Part shown: positions 55,576-64,000 of the stretch, piece after piece
Position numbering within the stretch: position 1 is the first letter of the stretch
How the letters are laid out: the number at the start of each line of letters is the position of its first letter
Assembly: GCA_041695225.1 (NCBI GenBank)
Contig: JBGFRI010000035.1
Location: 32,001-96,000, forward strand
Direction of reading: 5' to 3'
From: Deinococcota bacterium
Lineage (GTDB): Bacteria > Deinococcota > Deinococci > Deinococcales > Thermaceae
Length of the DNA: 64,000 bases
Made by a program: the position numbers and the translations under genes
The notes under the pieces: generated by a model
What the model saw: only the letters and a program-made list of their open reading frames with translations
Database searches by the model: none
What the model was told of the DNA's origin: nothing

Positions 55576-56541
55576 ATGGTGGTACTGCCTACCCCCGAAA
55601 ACCTAAAGCGGGCTGCCCAGATCATCCGCGGCGGCGGGCTGGTGGCTTTTCCTACCGAGACTGTTTACGGCCTGGGTGCCAGTGCACTCAATGCTATGGC
55701 GGTGGCCAAAATCTTTGAAGTTAAACAGCGCCCAAGCTTTGACCCTTTGATTGCTCACGTGTCGGACCGGAACATGTTGCAGAAAGTTGTGCAGGAGATT
55801 CCGGGGATGGCCGAGAGGCTGATGGAGCGCTTCTGGCCCGGCCCCCTGACTCTGGTGTTGGCAAAATCCGATCTGGTTCCCGGCATCGTGACCTCGGGCC
55901 TGCCGACGGTGGCGGTGCGGATGCCCTCCCACCCGGTGGCCCTGGAGCTAATTGGGCGGGCAGGGGTGCCGGTGGCTGCGCCCAGCGCCAATCCTTTTGG
56001 CTATCTGAGCCCAACCAGGGCCGAGCATGTCGAGCGCATGCTGGGTGAACGGGTAGACCTGATCCTGGATGGGGGAAGGTCGGAGCATGGCCTTGAATCT
56101 ACCATCGTATTGCTGGCGGAAAAACCCGTCTTGCTGCGCTACGGCGCGGTGGCGGTGGAAGAGCTGGAAAAAGTGCTGGGTTCGTTGGAGTTGCAGGTGG
56201 CGGAGAGCGAACGACCCCTGGTCCCGGGCCAGCTGCCCCAGCACTATGCACCACTTACTCCCATTCAGATCGCCTCTCCAGAATCCGTACCAGCAGGGCT
56301 TCGGAAACGGGCGGGCTGTCTGGCCTTCCAGCGAGTGCCAAAGGGTTTCAAAGTAGTCAAGGTGTTGTCCCCCACGGGTGACTTGCGAGAAGCGGCGGCG
56401 CATTTATTTGAAGCACTGCATCAGCTCGACCGGCTGGGCTTAGAGGTGATCTATGCCGAGCCGACGCCCGAGGAGGGGCTGGGCCGGGCTATCATGGATC
56501 GTTTGCGGCGGGCCTCCAAAAAGGGCAAGGACCGAATTTGA
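55576..56541 (+). CDS. sua5: L-threonylcarbamoyladenylate synthase (Sua5 type)
   Basis: FPTETVYGL, K.RP..DPLI.H, WPGPLT, APSAN, PGQ...HYAP and AIMDRL motifs. Confidence 0.93.
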   Translation: MVVLPTPENLKRAAQIIRGGGLVAFPTETVYGLGASALNAMAVAKIFEVKQRPSFDPLIAHVSDRNMLQKVVQEIPGMAERLMERFWPGPLTLVLAKSDLVPGIVTSGLPTVAVRMPSHPVALELIGRAGVPVAAPSANPFGYLSPTRAEHVERMLGERVDLILDGGRSEHGLESTIVLLAEKPVLLRYGAVAVEELEKVLGSLELQVAESERPLVPGQLPQHYAPLTPIQIASPESVPAGLRKRAGCLAFQRVPKGFKVVKVLSPTGDLREAAAHLFEALHQLDRLGLEVIYAEPTPEEGLGRAIMDRLRRASKKGKDRI

Positions 56542-56573
56542 GATAGCGAGCACCCAGCCTGCCTGTCCCACCT

Positions 56574-57185
56574 CTAACCGCGGTGCCGCTCGAGCTGAAC
56601 CAGTCGCATGACTGCCAGCTGGGTAAAACCCTCCCATTCCTCGGGTACGGCCTCGATGGGCTCGAGTAGAAACCGGCGCTCGAAGAAGGAGCGCTGTTTG
56701 CGGATGCGGTAGCGGTTGTGGCCGTAGGAGTCGGCTACCAGATAGGTTGGGTTGAGGAAGTACATGACTGCCCAGTCAATGACCCAGCCAACAAGCGGAA
56801 TTTGATCAATAAAACCCGCGATGCCTTCTATAACCTTGATCCAGGGGTTTTCTTCCTTTACGTAGTAGATAATGTTGCCCTGGGCATCCCTAACAAAGTA
56901 GCGGGTACGCCACAACGAGTTCCAGCCGTCATTCTCGACGCTGCCCACCAGCTGCCCGGCGGCATCTTTGATCAGGTGCTTGGCCCCAAAGCCCACCACC
57001 CGGTCGGCCTCGAGGGTGTATAGCAGCTGGCTCTTGCTTCTATCGGCAAAGACCGAGGTGGCCTCGCGCAGGGTGAAAATCTTCTGCTTGAAGGTAAGTA
57101 AATTCCGCCCAGAGGCGTCCTCGAGGTGCAGCTCGGGCGAGAAAGAAAAAATGGGCCACTTGACCTCCCAGGGATAGCTACTCAT
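56574..57185 (-). CDS. LURP-one/scramblase-like protein
   Basis: KQK.F.LRE...F.D pattern typical of tubby-like proteins. Confidence 0.55.
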   Translation of the reverse strand: MSSYPWEVKWPIFSFSPELHLEDASGRNLLTFKQKIFTLREATSVFADRSKSQLLYTLEADRVVGFGAKHLIKDAAGQLVGSVENDGWNSLWRTRYFVRDAQGNIIYYVKEENPWIKVIEGIAGFIDQIPLVGWVIDWAVMYFLNPTYLVADSYGHNRYRIRKQRSFFERRFLLEPIEAVPEEWEGFTQLAVMRLVQLERHRG

Positions 57186-57297
57186 AACCACAAGCTTAAC
57201 CGCCGGTTGTCTGGTGGAGTTAATAAACCACCAAGTTAAGAGTGAAAAAGGTTACACCGGGCTAGCAAGGTAAGGCTTGTTACCTTTGGCCCAGGGC

Positions 57298-57921
57298 CTA
57301 GCCCCTGGTGGCCAGGCCTGCAATGTGTGGGCCGGCGATGGGAAGCGGGATGGTGAACTCCTCCACCTGTAACCGGGAAAAACCGGCCTGCTGTAGCTTG
57401 GGTAGAATCTCGCGATTGGGGTGGCAGCCATCGCCAACCATGCGCCAGACCGGGGTGATGAGGTCTTGCAGCACGCGGGCGGGGCTGCCCCTGGGAGCCG
57501 CCACATGCTCGATAAAGGCAAACTGCCCACCGGGCCTGAGTACCCGCTGAATTTCTGCAAGGGTCTGTTCCAGGCTTCGCACCGAACACAGTACCAGGCT
57601 GCTCACTACCGCATCGGCAGAGCAGTCTGCCAGGGGAATTTGCTCCGAGCCCTCCCCCAGTAACTCAATCGCCAGACCCAGCCTGCGGGCTTCCTGGCGT
57701 AGATACGGGTGCATGTGCAGGTTGGGCTCGAGGCCAATCCAGCGAATCTCTGGGCGAAAAAAAGCCAAATTGGCTCCCGTGCCGGGGCCAATTTCCAGCA
57801 CCGTACCCTGCAAGCCCCCAAACAAGGCACGCTTGTGGCGGTAGACCAACTGCCCGTGGGCCGGGCCGGCCTTGCTCATGGCCCAGGCAAAACAACGTGC
57901 GTACCAGCCTTGCTTGGTCAT
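57298..57921 (-). CDS. Class I SAM-dependent methyltransferase (METTL7-like)
   Basis: VLEIGPGTG.N, LVLCSV, RVLRPGG..F.EHV and DGC..NR motifs. Confidence 0.9.
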   Translation of the reverse strand: MTKQGWYARCFAWAMSKAGPAHGQLVYRHKRALFGGLQGTVLEIGPGTGANLAFFRPEIRWIGLEPNLHMHPYLRQEARRLGLAIELLGEGSEQIPLADCSADAVVSSLVLCSVRSLEQTLAEIQRVLRPGGQFAFIEHVAAPRGSPARVLQDLITPVWRMVGDGCHPNREILPKLQQAGFSRLQVEEFTIPLPIAGPHIAGLATRG

Positions 57922-58031
57922 GGCCTAAGCGTACCGCTTTCATGCGCCAGCAGGTGTGCTGGCTGACCCCTTGAAGGAAAGGCAGTCGAGCCGCCTGACC
58001 ACACTCTGCAAGGGCTGGCTATAACAGCTAG

Positions 58032-58430
58032 CTAATTGAGCGTGCGCGACTGGGGTTGCGGAAGCCGCAGGGCAAAGGCTGGAATTTCCACGCGGAACAG
58101 CTCGCCCAGGGTGTTCTGGAAGGTGTAATACCCCTGCATCCAACCCGGTGGGTGGGCGATGGGGCAAAAGCTGTTGTATTGATAGCTCTGCCCAGGCTCC
58201 AGGATGGGTTTTTCGCCTACAACCCCCTCGCCCTGCACATGTCCCACCTCGCCACTGCCGTCGTGGATGAACCATTCGCGGCTCAAAAGCTGAACGGTCT
58301 GGTGACCCCGGTTTTCCAGGGTAATGAAGTAGATGAAAACATGCTGCCCGGGCCTCGAGTGTTGCTCGGCATACACCACCTCCACGCTGATGTGGATGCT
58401 ATCGCGGATAGGCAGGTTTGCTGATTGCAT
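58032..58430 (-). CDS. apaG: ApaG protein
   Basis: F.Y.I..EN....VQL..R.W.I, V.GEGVVG..P.L.PG and G.M.G.Y motifs. Confidence 0.95.
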   Translation of the reverse strand: MQSANLPIRDSIHISVEVVYAEQHSRPGQHVFIYFITLENRGHQTVQLLSREWFIHDGSGEVGHVQGEGVVGEKPILEPGQSYQYNSFCPIAHPPGWMQGYYTFQNTLGELFRVEIPAFALRLPQPQSRTLN

Positions 58431-58651
58431 CCTATTAGCATAAGCGCTCAGAGGTTTTGAAAATGAATGCTGTAGCGGAAATACCAGTTTGTATCGGGAG
58501 CCCTGCTTGCTGAGCGGGTTGGGCCAGAAAGAGCTATGGACTGGACAATGGATTGGCCGGGGATGCGGGTGAGTAATCTATAGACTGAACAATAGGGTGG
58601 CCGGGGATGGGGGAGATTAATCTAATCGGTTTTTGACCGGTAAGCAGCGCT

Positions 58652-59809
58652 TTACAGCGGGTCATCCTGAAACAGGACTGTTTTGAGATACAGCGATTCT
58701 GGCACATGCAGGCTCCAGGGGTGGTCGGAGGGATTGTAGTGGATGGTATGTATCCTCAGGCGACGGCCTTCATCGGCGGCGGCGCGACGGGTGACCTCGA
58801 GCAGCTCCTCCACCCCCAGGTAGTAAGCACAGCTCGATAGCCAAAGCCATCCTTCCCGGTCCAGTAGCCGCAGGGCGGGCCGCAGTAAGTCCACCAGCAG
58901 TCGTTTGACCCTGGGTAGCTGGTCGGGTTTTTTGACCAGGGTGGGGGGGTCGAGCAGCACCTGCTGGAAGGGTGGGGTTTTGCTCCGGGCCAGGTTTTCC
59001 AGCACTTCAAGGGCGTCTCCCTGGCGAATATCCACCCGCAAGCCGTGGCTCGAAGCGGTGCGGTCCAGCACCCCCAGTGCGTCCAGGTCTTTGTCCACCG
59101 CCAGCGCATAGGCCCCCTTGCGGGCAGCCCGCAGCGCAAAGGCCCCCACGTAGCTGTACACGTCCAGCACCCGCTGGCCCGGCTGGGTCATCTGCTCGAG
59201 TAGCCTGCGGTTCTCGCGCTGGTCCAGGTAGTAGCCGGTTTTTTGTGCTAACCCTAGCGGGATAGAAAAGACCAGCCCGTCCTCACACACTTCCAGCGTC
59301 TGCGGCGCCTCGCCATAGATAGCCCCCACCTTCTCTGGCAGCCCCTCCTGCCGCCGGCTATCGGTGTCGGACCGTTCGTAGATGCCAGTGGGCTGAGTCG
59401 CCTCGATAAGGACCGGTAGCCAAACTTCCCGTAGGGCCTCCATGGCCCGGTTGCGCACCTGTACTACCAGTACCCCACCATAGCGATCCACCACCAGCCC
59501 TGGCAGACCATCGGCTTCGGCGTGTACCAGGCGGTGAAATTCGCCTAGCCTGGCCCGTTTTTCCTTGGCCCGCCCGAAGCGTTGGAGGAAGAATTTCTTG
59601 TCCAGTGGACCGTCGTCAAAGCGGTAGACCCGCACTGCTGCTCGGCTGCCTGGGTCGAAGTAGCCCACGCCCAGGAAGTCGTTTTCACTGGAAAAAACCC
59701 GTACAATTCCCGCCCCCTGCGGCGCCGATTCCAGTTCGTCGGCGAACAACCCCGGATAGAAATTGCGCACCTTTTTGTCTTTGCCAGGCTTGGCGATGAC
59801 CCTTTGCAC
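58652..59809 (-). CDS. rlmI: RlmI/RlmK-type rRNA methyltransferase
   Basis: [38 protein letters not shown] and YLK motifs. Confidence 0.8.
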   Translation of the reverse strand: MQRVIAKPGKDKKVRNFYPGLFADELESAPQGAGIVRVFSSENDFLGVGYFDPGSRAAVRVYRFDDGPLDKKFFLQRFGRAKEKRARLGEFHRLVHAEADGLPGLVVDRYGGVLVVQVRNRAMEALREVWLPVLIEATQPTGIYERSDTDSRRQEGLPEKVGAIYGEAPQTLEVCEDGLVFSIPLGLAQKTGYYLDQRENRRLLEQMTQPGQRVLDVYSYVGAFALRAARKGAYALAVDKDLDALGVLDRTASSHGLRVDIRQGDALEVLENLARSKTPPFQQVLLDPPTLVKKPDQLPRVKRLLVDLLRPALRLLDREGWLWLSSCAYYLGVEELLEVTRRAAADEGRRLRIHTIHYNPSDHPWSLHVPESLYLKTVLFQDDPL

Positions 59810-60049
59810 TTACTTGAGCATAAAGGAAAAAATCCCCCGAGCTGGTGGGTGGAGGGAATTTAGCCTGCGTAGTACGGCTTGGCCCCCAGAGTGTGCTCAG
59901 TGTTCGTTACACTCTCGTGCGGGGCTCTATGCAGGGTGGTGGGTTGCGCACTAGGCGCGGTCTGAGGTCTGTAGATCTTGGTGAGTGCTTCTGCAGCTGT
60001 CGCGTTGAAAAGCTGGCCAAATCGCTCGCTGCAACGTTTTAGCCCTTGG

Positions 60050-60185
60050 ACAGGCGCACCCTTAGAGCTGGTGGTAGAACGTATGGGACATGCTAATCGG
60101 AAAATCGCCTTAGGCGTTTACCGCCAACTGTTACAACACGAACACAAGGGCTGGGTGATTGACCGCGAAGACTTGCTGAAGAATG
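60050..60185 (+). pseudogene. Tyrosine integrase C-terminal remnant
   Basis: GAPLELVVERMGHANRKIALGVYRQLL resembles box II (LGH...T..Y.H); adjacent to a tRNA 3' end. Confidence 0.75.
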
Positions 60186-60250
60186 TCGCAGGTCTCAAGT
60201 CACAGGTCCCAGGTCTTTTGACATGCGACACGTGACATGCGACGTTGTAT

Positions 60251-60327
60251 TGGTGGGCCGTGCAGGACTTGAACCCGCGACCTGGCGATTATGAGTCGCT
60301 TGCTCTGACCAACTGAGCTAACGGCCC
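60251..60327 (-). tRNA. tRNA with CAT anticodon, most likely tRNA-Ile2 (lysidine)
   Basis: GGGCCGTTAGCTCAGTTGGTCAGAGCAAGCGACTCATAATCGCCAGGTCGCGGGTTCAAGTCCTGCACGGCCCACCA. Cloverleaf with encoded CCA; resembles E. coli ileX more than tRNA-Met. Confidence 0.9.
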
Positions 60328-60370
60328 CCGCTCACTGCAAAGGCCAGTTTAGCTGGTTTGTTTGAATTGC

Positions 60371-60877
60371 TCAACGCTGGGTCGGAGGGGGTTTGTCTTT
60401 GCTGACCACCTGATCTTCGAGTTCACCGATGTAGGCGGCCAGGGTATTGCCGGCCTTTTCGATATCCTCGCGCAGCTCGTGTTCTACCCGGTCAATGCGC
60501 TCGATCACCGCTTGCAGCCTGGACTCGAGCCCTGCCTGGTTTTGGGCCTTAAGCTGCACCAGCTCTGCTTCGAGCCACTTTTTCAACTCGGAAAACCGGC
60601 TGGACTCGGCCTCGTCGGCCAGCTTACGGGTCGCAAGTAGCTCACGGGCATATTTCTTGACCTCCAGCAGTGCGGCGGTCTCGAGCCCCACCGTGTACAT
60701 GAAATAAACCGCTACTAGCAGCCCCATGATGACCAGCATCACCACGCCAAAAGGTGCGGTCACCTGAGTGAAAACCAGCGAAAGCGTTTCATACTCGCTA
60801 AAGACAGCCCAGTTCCGCCAGGCGAAAACCGCCATCACGATAATCAGAACCAACAAAAAGACATTTCGTCCCCGCAT
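60371..60877 (-). CDS. LapA-family membrane protein with coiled-coil tail
   Basis: Two TM segments with F...N......L.F.....P motif. Confidence 0.65.
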   Translation of the reverse strand: MRGRNVFLLVLIIVMAVFAWRNWAVFSEYETLSLVFTQVTAPFGVVMLVIMGLLVAVYFMYTVGLETAALLEVKKYARELLATRKLADEAESSRFSELKKWLEAELVQLKAQNQAGLESRLQAVIERIDRVEHELREDIEKAGNTLAAYIGELEDQVVSKDKPPPTQR

Positions 60878-60994
60878 CTTTAGCCTCGAACGGGATTATA
60901 TCCTCATCCAACCAAGTACACATCAACCGTAACAGGTATTTTTGACACAGCGCAGAAATACTCAAAACAAATATGTTGTAAACAGATAATGCAC

Positions 60995-61738
60995 CTAGGC
61001 CAGGATGGGTGGTGACTGGTTAGCATCCTCGGTCAGGCGCAGGAAGAACTCTTCCAGGTTTGCGCTGCCGTGTTGATGGAGGAGATCTTTGGGGGAACCC
61101 AGGGCCAGCAGACTGCCCCGGTGCACCAGGGCTACCCGATCGGCGACCTGCTCTGCAAGGTGGAGCTGGTGGGTAGCGTACAAGACCGCTCGACCATTTC
61201 TGGAATAGCCGTGCAGCAGGTCTTTGACCAGTCGCGCCGCGTGAGGGTCGAGCCCTACCATTGGTTCATCCAGAATGAGCGCTTGCGGGGTGTGCAGTAG
61301 ACTCATGGCCAGCGAGAGCTTCTGCCGCATTCCGTGCGAATAGGTCTCGATCAGGGAAGAAGCAAAGCGATCCAGGCGAAACTGCACCAGCAACTCTTCG
61401 ATTCGGGCCTCGGCTTTTGCCGGGGGTAGCCGGTAGACCCCGGCGGCAAAGCGCAGGAGTTCGAGCCCCGAGAGTTTGCCGTACAGGTAGGGCCGGTCCG
61501 GTACATAGCCAAACTGGGCCTTGGCCCGCACGGGGTCTTTCCACACATCCACCCCGTTTACCAGCGCCCGGCCTCGGCTGGGGCGCAGCAAGCCTACCAG
61601 GGCCTTGAGGGTGGTGCTTTTTCCGGCGCCATTGGGGCCCAGCAGGGCCAGGGTCTCGCCGGGGCGAACCTCGAGACATAGCCCGTCCAGGGCCACAAAG
61701 TTACCGTACCTCTTGCTGAGGTCTTCGAGCAGGATCAT
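60995..61738 (-). CDS. ABC transporter ATP-binding protein
   Basis: GPNGAGKST, YSHGM and LILDEP motifs. True start ATG 61738; the upstream extension is repeat-derived. Confidence 0.92.
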   Translation of the reverse strand: MILLEDLSKRYGNFVALDGLCLEVRPGETLALLGPNGAGKSTTLKALVGLLRPSRGRALVNGVDVWKDPVRAKAQFGYVPDRPYLYGKLSGLELLRFAAGVYRLPPAKAEARIEELLVQFRLDRFASSLIETYSHGMRQKLSLAMSLLHTPQALILDEPMVGLDPHAARLVKDLLHGYSRNGRAVLYATHQLHLAEQVADRVALVHRGSLLALGSPKDLLHQHGSANLEEFFLRLTEDANQSPPILA

Positions 61739-61751
61739 CCCCACAATTAAA

Positions 61752-62123
61752 AGGTCGCAAGTCACAAGTCGCAGGTCGCAAGTCACAAGTCGCAGGTCGC
61801 AAGTCACAAGTCGCAGGTCGCAAGTCACAAGTCGCCAGTCGCAGGTCGCAAGTCACAAGTCGCAGGACGAAGGACGAAGGACGCACGACGAAGGTCGAGG
61901 CACAGAGCCAGACATCTGCGCTGAATGGGCGGCGAAGCAAACACCTGACGCTCAACGAGCGGCCTGACCTGCGAGATTTTATTAGCCGATAGCTAATAGC
62001 TGATAGCTTCTGACCTGCGACCCGAGACCTGCGACTAAAAAGGTCGAAGGTCAAAAGTCGAAAGTCAAAAGACCTTCGACGTTAAACCTTCGACGTTAGA
62101 CCTGGGACCCGAGACCTGCGACT
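61752..62123. repeat. Heptamer repeat blocks in both orientations
   Basis: (AGGTCGC-AAGTCAC-AAGTCGC)n at 61752-61900; TAGCCGA/GACCTGCGA blocks at 61983-62123. Confidence 0.9.
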
Positions 62124-62132
62124 GATTACGGG

Positions 62133-63449
62133 CTATCTGAGCTCTTGCAAGGCCCGGCGCAGGATGGCATCCCGCTCCAGGTCTACCTCGGCCTGGCCAC
62201 GTTCGGCAGGCAGGGTAACGGCGGGGCGTGGCTGACTAAAGGTAAACCGGCCTTCCTCGTCGGCCCTGGTGGCGAAGGTCTGGCCGCCGATGGTAATGGT
62301 CACGTTTTCCCCTGGCCGGGCCCCGGTGCCCTCGAAGGCTACCGGCGCTGTGAAGCGGGTATCCCTGACCTCGACATCGGGCTTGATACCCTGCTCGTTG
62401 ATGGACCGGCGCTTGGGGGTGAGCCACTCGAAGGTGACCAGGGTCAGGTCGCCGCCGTTGGCCAGGTCAATTACGCTCTGCCCAACCCCTTTGCCTAAGG
62501 AGGTCTCGCCGATTACTCTGGCCCGACCGGTGTCCTGCATGGCCCCCGCTACAATTTCCGCAGCCGAGGCCGAGTTGCGGTTGATCAGTACCACCATCGG
62601 CCCGGTCCAGGCCACCTGTCCGGTAGCACTGCAGTGGAGCCGGGTATCGGTGCGGGTGCGGGTAAAGACCAGGGGGCCTTCGCGGATAAAAGCCCGCGCC
62701 ACCTGGCAGCCCTGATCCAACAGACCCCCGCCGTTGTCGCGCAGGTCGAAGACTAGCTTTTGCACGCCACGCTGCCGCATCTCGGCCAGGGCAGCGTTAA
62801 GTTGCTCGATCACCCGTACATGGCCAAAGCTTTCCAGTGCCACATAGCCCACGTTTCCGGGCAGCATGGTGGTGGAGACCGAGACGATCTGCACCCGCTG
62901 GCGGATCATCTCGAAGCGCAAAAGAGCACCGGTTCCATCGCGGCGGATGCCGATGGTGACTCTGGTATTCTCGGGGCCACGAATTCTGGCCACAATCTCG
63001 TTGATATCGAGCCGGGTTACGTCTTCGCCGTTGACCTCGACAATCACATCGCCTGCCATGATCCCGGCGGTGAAAGCGGGCAGGCCGCGCATTACGCCCA
63101 TCACCCGCGCCCCACCTCTATTTTCGTTGGGCGCGAGGGTGGCCCCGATACCAAAAAACTCTCCGCGAATATCCTGCTCGCGCAGCTGGGCCCGCTGGGG
63201 TGGGGAGTAGCTGGTAAACCTGTCGTCAAGCGCGCCCAGCATACCCCGGATACCACCTTCCAGCACGCGGTTTAGCTGGTCGGGCTCGAGGCGGGTCAGG
63301 TACTGGGTTTGAAGGATCTGAAAAGTCTGTATGAGGGATTGCGCGGTAGGATTGCGAGCAAAAGTTTCGATGGCAGGGCCAGCCAGTTGGGCATATACCA
63401 GCGCAGCCAGAACCCCACCCGCTACGATTAACCAGGCTCTACGCTTCAT
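62133..63449 (-). CDS. ctpA: S41 C-terminal processing peptidase with PDZ domain
   Basis: FFGIG PDZ; DLRDNGGG, SASAAEI and GKG..Q motifs. Confidence 0.92.
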   Translation of the reverse strand: MKRRAWLIVAGGVLAALVYAQLAGPAIETFARNPTAQSLIQTFQILQTQYLTRLEPDQLNRVLEGGIRGMLGALDDRFTSYSPPQRAQLREQDIRGEFFGIGATLAPNENRGGARVMGVMRGLPAFTAGIMAGDVIVEVNGEDVTRLDINEIVARIRGPENTRVTIGIRRDGTGALLRFEMIRQRVQIVSVSTTMLPGNVGYVALESFGHVRVIEQLNAALAEMRQRGVQKLVFDLRDNGGGLLDQGCQVARAFIREGPLVFTRTRTDTRLHCSATGQVAWTGPMVVLINRNSASAAEIVAGAMQDTGRARVIGETSLGKGVGQSVIDLANGGDLTLVTFEWLTPKRRSINEQGIKPDVEVRDTRFTAPVAFEGTGARPGENVTITIGGQTFATRADEEGRFTFSQPRPAVTLPAERGQAEVDLERDAILRRALQELR

Positions 63450-63521
63450 AGTATGGTCACCTAGTCCCACATTTTAGCGCCAATGGATGAGAGCCAAGTG
63501 TTCCTTAACGGACAAATAGAA

Positions 63522-63635
63522 TGTCGCAGGTCTCGGGTCTCGGGTCGCAGGTCAGAAGCTGGTCTCAGGTCGCAAGTCACAGGTCGAAGGACGAAGGTCG
63601 AAGGTCAAAAGCTATCAGTTAATAGCTATCGGCTA
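63522..63635. repeat. Modular heptamer element, inverted orientation
   Basis: TGTCGCAGGTC...GCTATCGGCTA; reverse complement of the 53688-type element. Confidence 0.9.
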
Positions 63636-63761
63636 AATGAGCCGGGAGGGAGATGGGCCTGGGGGTAGATGCGGAAAAGAGGGCCACCAGTAACGCTTTT
63701 GCCCTTGCTCCCTGGCCCGAAAGGCGGCGCTTCCTCGGCTCTTGTTGTACCCTGGTTAGCG

Positions 63762-64000
63762 ATGATCCACTTTCACCGGGTGACGCTGCAGTACACTCGT
63801 ACCCAGACCAAAGCGCTGTTCGACCTGAACCTCGAGGTCAAGAAAGGCGAGTTTGTATTTCTGGTGGGGCAGTCGGGGGCGGGTAAGTCTAGCCTGCTCA
63901 ACCTGATTTTGAAACGGCTCGAGCCCAGTTCGGGGGCGGTGTATTTTGCCGGAGAAAACCTCAAGGCGCTGCGTGGCGACCGTATTGCCCTGCATCGCCG
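63762..64000 (+). CDS. ftsE: Cell division ATP-binding protein FtsE, partial
   Basis: MIHFHRV...ALFDLNLEVKKGEFVFLVGQSGAGKS; runs off the window. Confidence 0.8.
   Translation, partial: MIHFHRVTLQYTRTQTKALFDLNLEVKKGEFVFLVGQSGAGKSSLLNLILKRLEPSSGAVYFAGENLKALRGDRIALHR

Overview
A GC-rich bacterial chromosomal segment, most likely from the Thermaceae (Meiothermus-like, Deinococcota). This is inferred from the GdhA/GdhB pair, the SdrP-type CRP regulator, the RqkA-type kinase and the many apparently leaderless genes. Most of the window is housekeeping: ispE/ispD, uppP, katG, upp, holA, accAD, recG, def/fmt, a UvrD-like helicase, glnA, gdhAB, sua5, apaG, rlmI, ctpA, ftsE and tRNA-Ile2(CAU). It also holds a GntR-controlled TAXI-TRAP transporter. 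The highlights are: (1) a two-gene PlsA/PlsR (Ger)-like ATP-dependent Fe-S reductase with an unusual domain split, a candidate ether or plasmalogen lipid system in an aerobic lineage; (2) an orphan TPP-riboswitch-like RNA with a changed pyrophosphate-sensing arm; (3) an unannotated ~240-nt rod-like RNA upstream of accD (6S-like candidate); (4) several families of short palindromic or heptamer repeats that sit in-frame inside RecG, UvrD and an M16 peptidase, one of which also interrupts a dead HicA toxin; (5) IS3 and integrase relics. No CRISPR array or rRNA was seen. All calls come from reading the sequence by eye; no searches or folding programs were run.
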